From Rubrobacteraceae bacterium (GTDB lineage: Bacteria > Actinomycetota > Rubrobacteria > Rubrobacterales > Rubrobacteraceae), in assembly GCA_965214435.1 (NCBI GenBank), contig OZ243960.1, positions 1,687,330 to 1,751,329 of the forward strand: a stretch of 64,000 nt of DNA, read 5' to 3'. Position 1 is the stretch's first letter; every line of letters begins with the position of its first letter. Below the pieces are notes generated by a model. It made no database searches. It worked only from the letters and a program-made list of their open reading frames with translations, and was not told the origin of the DNA. This document shows, piece after piece, positions 57,819 through 64,000 of the stretch. A program made the translations under genes and the position numbers.

Positions 57819-59345
57819 TTGATACTGGTCCTGGACTTCGGTGGGCAGTACGCACAACTCATCGCCCGCAGGGTCCGCGAGGCCCGCGTCTACTCGGAGC
57901 TTATTCCCTATGATACCCCGGTGGACGAAATTCTGGCCCGAGAACCGGAAGGCGTCATCCTCTCCGGCGGCCCGAATAGCGTCTACGAAGAGGGGGCTCC
58001 GCGGGTCGCCGACGAGCTATTCAACCTTGACGTGCCGCTCTTTGGTATCTGCTACGGGATGCAGCTTATGGCGCTGCAGATGGGCGGCGAGGTCGGGGCG
58101 GTCCAGATCCGGGAGTACGGACGCTCCAGAATCCAGGTGAAAGAACCTCGGGGCATCTTCGCCGGTACGCCGGAGGAGCAGCAAGCCTGGACCAGCCACG
58201 GGGACGCGGTATTCTCGCCGCCGGAAGGTTTCTCGGTGACCGCCGAAACGCCGTCGGTGCCGATCATCGCGTTCGAGGAGCCGGAGCTTTACGGCGGGCG
58301 CTTCGGGGTTCAGTTTCACCCGGAGGTCCGCCACACCGAGTACGGCCTCGAAATTTTGAAGAACTTCCTGTTTGAGGTCTGTGACTGCAAGCCGGAGTGG
58401 ACGCCGGTCAACATCATTACCGACGCGGTCGAGAAGGTGCGGTCGCAGGTCGGGGACTCGAAGGTTATCTGCGGGCTTTCCGGCGGTGTGGACTCGGCGA
58501 CGGCGGCCATGCTCGTCCACCGGGCGGTCGGGGACAACCTGACGAGCGTCTTTGTGGACACGGGGCTGTTGAGGCAGAACGAGGCGGATCAAGTCGTGGA
58601 AGCTTTCGGCGAGAACTCCGACGTGCCGCTGATCCACGTCGATGCCCGAGGCCGCTTTCTGGACAAGCTCGCGAACATCACCGACCCGGAGGCGAAACGC
58701 AAGATCATCGGCGAGGAGTTTATCCGGACCTTCGAGGAGGAAGCTGGCAAGATAGAGGACGCGAAGTTCCTCGTGCAGGGTACGCTGTACTCGGACGTCA
58801 TAGAAAGCGGCACGCGGGACGCCGCCCGGATAAAAAGCCACCACAACGTCGGCGGGTTGCCGGAAGTGATGGACCTCGACCTCGTCGAGCCGCTGCGGAA
58901 CCTCTTTAAAGACGAGGTGCGGGTGGTCGCGGCGGAGCTAGGGATGCCCGAAAGGATGGTATGGCGGCAGCCGTTCCCGGGACCGGGGCTTGCGATACGC
59001 GTGATCGGGGATGTCACCGCCGAGCGGCTAGAAATTCTCCGCAAGGCGGACTTCGTCCTGCAAGACGAGATCCGGACCGCCGGCCTCTACCGCGACCTGT
59101 GGCAGAGCTTCGCGGTCTTACCGGCGATACACTCCGTGGGCGTCATGGGCGACGCTCGGACGTATGCCTACCCGGTAGTGATCCGGGCCGTAACCAGCGA
59201 CGACGCCATGACCGCCGACTGGGCGCGCCTGCCCTACGACCTCTTAGAACGCGTCAGCAACCGCATCATAAACGAGGTCCCCGGCGTAAACCGCGTGGCT
59301 TTAGACATCACCAGCAAACCGCCCGGCACCATCGAGTGGGAGTAA
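57819..59345 (+). CDS. guaA: Glutamine-hydrolyzing GMP synthase
   Basis: GATase domain LFGICYGMQ and FHPE. ATP-PPase loop GLSGGVDS. C-terminal [12 protein letters not shown] start. Confidence 0.97.
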   Translation: MILVLDFGGQYAQLIARRVREARVYSELIPYDTPVDEILAREPEGVILSGGPNSVYEEGAPRVADELFNLDVPLFGICYGMQLMALQMGGEVGAVQIREYGRSRIQVKEPRGIFAGTPEEQQAWTSHGDAVFSPPEGFSVTAETPSVPIIAFEEPELYGGRFGVQFHPEVRHTEYGLEILKNFLFEVCDCKPEWTPVNIITDAVEKVRSQVGDSKVICGLSGGVDSATAAMLVHRAVGDNLTSVFVDTGLLRQNEADQVVEAFGENSDVPLIHVDARGRFLDKLANITDPEAKRKIIGEEFIRTFEEEAGKIEDAKFLVQGTLYSDVIESGTRDAARIKSHHNVGGLPEVMDLDLVEPLRNLFKDEVRVVAAELGMPERMVWRQPFPGPGLAIRVIGDVTAERLEILRKADFVLQDEIRTAGLYRDLWQSFAVLPAIHSVGVMGDARTYAYPVVIRAVTSDDAMTADWARLPYDLLERVSNRIINEVPGVNRVALDITSKPPGTIEWE

Positions 59346-59353
59346 CTCTCTGC

Positions 59354-59373
59354 CGCCGGGCACCGTCCCGGCG
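59354..59373. terminator. Short GC hairpin between convergent guaA and the MarR-GNAT gene
   Basis: CGCCGGG-N6-CCCGGCG with no U-tract. Confidence 0.3.
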
Positions 59374-60318
59374 CTAGAGGGTAAGCTCCCAGTTCTGCCC
59401 GACGAGGTCTTTGCCGAAGCTTTGGTGCGCTTCTTCCTCAACCAGCTTGAACCCCTGCTCTTCGTAGACGTGCCGGGCGGCGTCCAGCACGCTGTTGGTC
59501 CAGAGCGTGAGCTTTTTGTACCCGCGGCTTCTGGCGAACCGGATGCACTCTTCGACAAGGTGGGTACCGAGGCCCAGGCCACGGGCTTTCGGGTCTACCA
59601 GCAGTAGCCTCAGCTTGGCGACCTTATCGTTGGCCTTTACAACAAAGACGCACCCGACCCTTTCGCCGTTCATCTCGGCGATCCAGCAACGCTCTTTCCG
59701 CAGGTCGTAGCCGTCGATAAAGTCTGCGGAGATCCGGGCGACCAGCGCCTCGAAGCTCTCGTCCCAGCCGTACTCCCGGGCGTAGAGCGTCCCATGCCGG
59801 TGGACGACCCAGCCTATGTCGCCGGGCTCGTGCCCGCGCAAGAAGAAAGGCCGGGAGTACTTGAACCCTTTCCCCGAAACGTCGTTGCTCAACACGTCCT
59901 CGACGGTGCGCATGGCATCGAGTAGGCGCTGCTGCTCTGCTCCGGACAGTGCCCCGAGCATTTCGGAGACCTCCTCGCGTGCGCGGTCGTCGAGTACCGT
60001 GAAGGCATCTCTACCAGCGTCGGTAAGCGAGAGGAGCCGCTGGCGGGCGTCCTTATCCGAACGGAGCTTTCTAACGAGCCCTCGCCGCTCGAAGTCGGCC
60101 AGAAGGCGGCTCAGGTAACCGGGGTCCAGTTCCAACTCGCGTGACAATCCAGAAGCCGTCAAGTCCCCGTGACGCCCAATCTCGGAGAGGACGCGAGCCT
60201 CGGTCAGAGAGTAGGGCGTGTGTAACAACCCCTCGCGCAGTGCCCCGATCTCCCGCGTTATAAAGCGGTTGAAATGTCGCACTGCCGCTACCCTAGATGC
60301 CGGATCCCCGTTTCTCAT
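59374..60318 (-). CDS. MarR-type HTH fused to a GNAT N-acetyltransferase
   Basis: N-terminal LTEARVLSEIGRHGDLTASGLSRELELDPGYLSRLLADFERRGLV. C-terminal LLLVDPKARGLGLGTHLV...VYEEQGF. The ATG at 60318 has an AAAGGGG SD, and upstream of it the sequence is AT-rich non-coding. Confidence 0.8.
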   Translation of the reverse strand: MRNGDPASRVAAVRHFNRFITREIGALREGLLHTPYSLTEARVLSEIGRHGDLTASGLSRELELDPGYLSRLLADFERRGLVRKLRSDKDARQRLLSLTDAGRDAFTVLDDRAREEVSEMLGALSGAEQQRLLDAMRTVEDVLSNDVSGKGFKYSRPFFLRGHEPGDIGWVVHRHGTLYAREYGWDESFEALVARISADFIDGYDLRKERCWIAEMNGERVGCVFVVKANDKVAKLRLLLVDPKARGLGLGTHLVEECIRFARSRGYKKLTLWTNSVLDAARHVYEEQGFKLVEEEAHQSFGKDLVGQNWELTL

Positions 60319-60633
60319 TAACCACCCCTTTAAGTAGTTGCTATAGTCTAATACTGATATGCTATTATCAAGTATCGGGTTGAACTGAGGTACAGAGTCT
60401 CTTGAAGGCTCTTGCAAATTTGGACGTCGTAATTATTAGGAAGTAAGTTTTCAGCCAGATCCAGGTTCCACATTTTGTCCGGAAAGGATAGCGGCTCCTG
60501 GTTTTGGCGGAGCGTGCGGCAGATAATTGCTCTTTGGCCGGACTACAGATAGGCTGTCGCGCGACAGCACCCGTATCCGGTAGTAGTTAACTTGCAGCTA
60601 AACAACAATATAAAGTATATAACCGTGCGCCGT

Positions 60634-60672
60634 TTAACATACATTTAAAGTTCTGTTTACACATTTGAAACT
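60634..60672 (+). promoter_or_regulatory. Pho-box-like direct repeats upstream of pstS
   Basis: TTAACA-N5-TTAAAG-N5-TTTACA-N5-GAAACT, hexamers at an 11-bp period (Bacillus-type TT(A/T/C)ACA repeats). About 100 nt upstream of pstS. Confidence 0.55.
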
Positions 60673-60768
60673 AAATAGCGTATCTGATGCCCTATGATCT
60701 CTTGTGGAAGTTGAGCCGTTATCCGGGCCGGGTTCTCTACCGGTCTGAGTTGAGAAAGGGGACGTAGT

Positions 60769-61896
60769 TTGACTAGAGTTGTGCGGTGGAGGATGCTGGG
60801 TGCCGGGGCCGTTCTGGCGCTCGCGCTGGCGGGAGGCGCGGCTTGTGGAAACCAGGCTGGAAGTAGCGATGACTCCGGCTCCGGAGGCGGTGACACGGGC
60901 GGCGGTGGCGGTAACGCCGAGATGGCCCAGAGCATCAACGGGGCGGGAGCTTCGTTCCCGGCGCCGGTCTACACCAGGATGTTCCAGGGACTCGCCCAAA
61001 ATGATGGACCACAGGTCAACTACCAGTCGGTCGGCTCGGGGGCCGGGATCGAGAACTTCACTAATAAATCGGTGGCTTTTGGGGCCTCGGACGCCCCGAT
61101 GAGCGAAGAGGAGATGCAGCAGGCCGGGGGCAACCCGAGGCACATCGCTACGGTCGGGGGACCAGTGGTGGCGGCCTACAACGTGCAGGGTGTGGAGAAC
61201 CTGCAACTTACCGGTGAGGTGCTGGCTAACATATTCCTCGGCAACATAACCACCTGGAGTGACCCGGCAATCGCCAATATCAACCCGGACGCGAACTTAC
61301 CGGACTCCGAGATTACGGTGGTCCACCGTTCGGACTCTTCGGGAACCTCGAACATTTATACTAGCTACCTGGCAGCGGTAAGCCAGGAGTGGGCAAACGG
61401 CCCTGGCGCGGGCAAGTCGCTCGACTGGCCGACCGGCATCGGCGCTAAAGGCAACGAGGGTGTCGCCGGACAGGTCCAGCGGACGGACGGCGCCATAGGT
61501 TACGTCGGCTTCGAGTACGCCGCGAGCACCGACCTCCCCGCCGCCGCCATCGGCACCCAGGAGACGGGCTTTACCGAGCCGAGCGTGGACTCCGCCAAGG
61601 CGGCTATAGCGCAGGCCGAGATCCCGGATGACCTGCGGGTGACGATCTCCGAGACGAACCCCCAGGGCGAGGGAGTATACCCCATCACCGGCCTGACCTG
61701 GCTCCTGGTGCGCCAGCAGCAGGACGATCTGGCTCAGTGCAAGGCGGTCGCCGAGATGGCTTGGTACGTAACCCACGACGGTCAGCAGTTCGCCCCGGAC
61801 CTGAACTACGCCCAGATCCCCGACAAGGTCGTCCAAAGGGACGAGGACTTTATCCGGAGCCTGGAAGCCAACGGGACCAAGTGCTACGAAGGCTAG
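60769..61896 (+). CDS. pstS: Phosphate ABC transporter substrate-binding protein PstS
   Basis: Signal/lipobox ALALAGGAAC. GAGASFPAPVY, HRSDSSGTS and GAIGYV. TTG start. Confidence 0.92.
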   Translation: MTRVVRWRMLGAGAVLALALAGGAACGNQAGSSDDSGSGGGDTGGGGGNAEMAQSINGAGASFPAPVYTRMFQGLAQNDGPQVNYQSVGSGAGIENFTNKSVAFGASDAPMSEEEMQQAGGNPRHIATVGGPVVAAYNVQGVENLQLTGEVLANIFLGNITTWSDPAIANINPDANLPDSEITVVHRSDSSGTSNIYTSYLAAVSQEWANGPGAGKSLDWPTGIGAKGNEGVAGQVQRTDGAIGYVGFEYAASTDLPAAAIGTQETGFTEPSVDSAKAAIAQAEIPDDLRVTISETNPQGEGVYPITGLTWLLVRQQQDDLAQCKAVAEMAWYVTHDGQQFAPDLNYAQIPDKVVQRDEDFIRSLEANGTKCYEG

Positions 61897-61916
61897 ATTA
61901 GCTACTATTCTGTGCG

Positions 61917-61950
61917 CGAGAGGGGCCTTCACGGGCTCCTCTCGTGGTTT
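61917..61950 (+). other. Intercistronic hairpin between pstS and pstC (partial terminator or stabiliser)
   Basis: CGAGAGGGGCC-N5-GGGCTCCTCTCG (one mismatch), followed by TGGTTT. Confidence 0.45.
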
Positions 61951-62010
61951 ACAATTCCGCGGAGGATTTATTGTGCAGCTATTAATTAACGGAGGGGATA
62001 CCGAGGCTTC

Positions 62011-62970
62011 ATGCTGAACGCGCTAGTCTCCCGGTTCGAGGTGCTAAAGCAGTTTCGGCGCGGGAACATAGGTGACGGGATCTTCCGGATAGTGGCCCTG
62101 CTCTTCGCGCTCCTCCTGCTGGTCATCACGGCCGGTATCATGTGGGAACTGTGGTTTCAGAGTACGGTCGCCCGGGAAGAGTTTGGGTGGAGCTTTCTAT
62201 TTAGCACGCAGTGGCAACCGCAGAATGGCCTGTACGGAGCCCTACCGTTTATCTACGGGACTCTGGTCTCTGCGGCGTTCGCCATCCTCTTCGCCGGGCC
62301 TATAGGCGTCGGTATCGCCGCTTACCTGGTCGAGATAGCGCCGCGCCGGTTGAACCAGATAGTAGGTTTCGTGGTCGAGATGCTGGCCGCCGTCCCGTCC
62401 ATCGTGTACGGGTTCTGGGGGCTCGTCGTTCTCGGGCCCTGGTTAGGTCAGTACGTGGTGCCGCCGCTACAGGCGGTCTTTGGCTGGCTACCGATATTCT
62501 CCGGTACCTTCGCGGGTATCAGTGTGTTTACGGCGAGCGTGGTGCTCGCCGTCATGGTCCTGCCGACGGTCGCGGCGATCTCGCGGGACGTAATCCAGGC
62601 CGTACCCGACGGTCTGCGAGAGGGGATGCTGGCGCTTGGGGCGACCCGGTGGGAGATGTTCCGGATGGCGGTCCTACCGTCGGCCAAGAGCGGAATTCTT
62701 GGGGCCATCTCCTTGGGTCTCGGCCGGGCGGCCGGGGAGACGATGGCGGTAACGCTCATCATGGGCACCCGGCCGGAGATTTTCTCTTCTCTGTTCGAGC
62801 CGGGGGCTACAATGTCGAGCATTATCGCGTCCCAGTTTCAGGAGGCAAGCGGCCTTTTGGAATCCGCCCTGATCTACATCGCCCTGATCCTGTTCATCAT
62901 CACTTTTACTATCAACGTGGCAGCCCGGCTCATGATGCTCTTCCTGAGCCGCGGACCTGAAGGGAGTTAG
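62011..62970 (+). CDS. pstC: Phosphate ABC transporter permease PstC
   Basis: Six TM helices and the EAA-type loop REGMLALGATRWEM. Confidence 0.92.
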   Translation: MLNALVSRFEVLKQFRRGNIGDGIFRIVALLFALLLLVITAGIMWELWFQSTVAREEFGWSFLFSTQWQPQNGLYGALPFIYGTLVSAAFAILFAGPIGVGIAAYLVEIAPRRLNQIVGFVVEMLAAVPSIVYGFWGLVVLGPWLGQYVVPPLQAVFGWLPIFSGTFAGISVFTASVVLAVMVLPTVAAISRDVIQAVPDGLREGMLALGATRWEMFRMAVLPSAKSGILGAISLGLGRAAGETMAVTLIMGTRPEIFSSLFEPGATMSSIIASQFQEASGLLESALIYIALILFIITFTINVAARLMMLFLSRGPEGS

Positions 62971-62974
62971 TACT

Positions 62975-63838
62975 TTGAGCAGTCTCTCGACGGGCTCCGG
63001 TCGCTACCGTCGCCGCAAAATAACCGACAGGGTTATGACGGTCCTGGCCTACGCTTGCGCCCTGGCAGCCTTCGTGCCGCTTATGGCGATCCTGATCTAC
63101 GTGGTCATAAGAGGGCTCGGAGCCTGGGACCTGACGTTCTTTACCGGCTTGCCGCAGCTCTACGGTAGTGGAGGCGGGGTGGGACCCGCGATAGTCGGGA
63201 CGTTGATCATCGTGGGTATGGCGAGCCTTATGGGGGTGCCGGCGGGCATCATGGCCGGAATATACCTGGCCGAGTACGGCGACAACCGGCTCGGGGACTT
63301 TATAAGGTTCGTGGCCGATACCATGACCGGGATACCGTCCATCGTGGTCGGGGTGTTCGCCTACGGCCTGATAGTCCTCAACTTTGGTTACAGCGCGACC
63401 GCCGGGGCCTTCGCCCTGGCGATACTCATGGTCCCGATTGTCACCCGCTCGGCGGAAGAAATTATCCGCCTCGTCCCCGACGACATCCGGGAAGCCTCGC
63501 TGGCTCTAGGGATACCGCGGTGGAAGACTATCCTGCGGGTCGTGCTGCCGACGGCCATAAGCGGTGTGCTCACGGGGATTTTTCTGGCCGTGGCCCGGGT
63601 TGCCGGCGAGACGGCCCCGCTCATCTTTACCATCCTCGGCAACACGTTCTGGAACACGAGCCCGTTTGACGGCGCTATCGCGGCCCTGCCGCTCACGCTC
63701 TACGGGCAGGCTACCTCGCCCTACGAGCGCGTTCAGGAGGTGGGATGGGGAGCGGCGCTGCTGCTAATAGTGATAGTACTCGGTCTGAACCTGGGTGCGC
63801 GGTTGATCTTCAAGGGCGGGTCGGGATCAATCAAGTAA
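62975..63838 (+). CDS. pstA: Phosphate ABC transporter permease PstA
   Basis: TM-rich, with loop REASLALGIPRWKTI. TTG start. Confidence 0.92.
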   Translation: MSSLSTGSGRYRRRKITDRVMTVLAYACALAAFVPLMAILIYVVIRGLGAWDLTFFTGLPQLYGSGGGVGPAIVGTLIIVGMASLMGVPAGIMAGIYLAEYGDNRLGDFIRFVADTMTGIPSIVVGVFAYGLIVLNFGYSATAGAFALAILMVPIVTRSAEEIIRLVPDDIREASLALGIPRWKTILRVVLPTAISGVLTGIFLAVARVAGETAPLIFTILGNTFWNTSPFDGAIAALPLTLYGQATSPYERVQEVGWGAALLLIVIVLGLNLGARLIFKGGSGSIK

Positions 63839-63871
63839 CGACGGTCGCCTTAAAGTACAAAAGGGGATAAC

Positions 63872-64000
63872 ATGACCTTTGGCAAAAAAGCTGAAAAAGA
63901 GAGCAAAGAGAAGGCTGGGACCCGGAAGAACATGACTTCGGAGAAGAGAAAAACCGAGCGGCCAGATCAGAAAGCGGGATCGGGCCAGGGTCCCGGCAAG
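63872..64000 (+). CDS. 5' end of a CDS (partial), probably pstB with a Lys-rich N-terminal extension
   Basis: ATG 63872 after AAAGGGGA. It translates to MTFGKKAEKESKEKAGTRKNMTSEKRKTERPDQKAGSGQGPGK. No ATPase motif has been reached yet, so the call rests on operon order only. Confidence 0.4.
   Translation, partial: MTFGKKAEKESKEKAGTRKNMTSEKRKTERPDQKAGSGQGPGK

Overview
High-GC (roughly 65-70%) bacterial chromosomal segment. Gene content and order look like Actinomycetota, possibly a deep-branching lineage; that placement is inference only. It is mostly core housekeeping. The main blocks, in window order, are listed here.
- An IclR/amidohydrolase/Rieske cluster, then a TetR, aldehyde dehydrogenase and GMC oxidoreductase (betaine-type) cluster.
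- glyQS.
- An mtrA-mtrB-lpqB-like response regulator, kinase and lipoprotein operon.
- A long heat-shock operon: dnaK-grpE-dnaJ-hspR, a B-box membrane protein and an Hsp100 gene.
- pilT, and a GT2-GtrA-GAF glycosyltransferase.
- acyP-rnhC, ltaE, and a glmS ribozyme followed by glmS.
- A HipA-like kinase/DUF3037 pair.
- map, acpS, nnr, alr, panC, and tsaE-tsaB-rimI-tsaD.
- An M23 peptidase, and a CIRCE-controlled groEL without groES.
- guaB3-guaA, and a Pho-box-preceded pstSCA(B) operon.

I recognised no rRNA, tRNA, CRISPR array or mobile element. Many genes use GTG/TTG starts, and several ORF-track starts are too far upstream; corrected starts are given.

The points most worth a second look:
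- a 26-codon AT-rich Ile/Val-rich mini-ORF with its own SD and terminator, downstream of groEL;
- two genes (FemAB-like and HipA-like) whose apparently conserved N-termini lie upstream of any canonical start codon, implying a frameshift and a CTG start respectively;
- an orphan plus-strand intrinsic terminator with symmetric repeats in the pilT/GT2 intergenic region;
- an Hsp100 with a ClpC-type short M-domain but no ClpP-docking loop;
- a C-terminal GAF-like domain fused to a GT2-GtrA enzyme.

Nothing in the window convincingly forms a large novel multi-gene system. All family calls come from motif recognition by eye, not from database searches.
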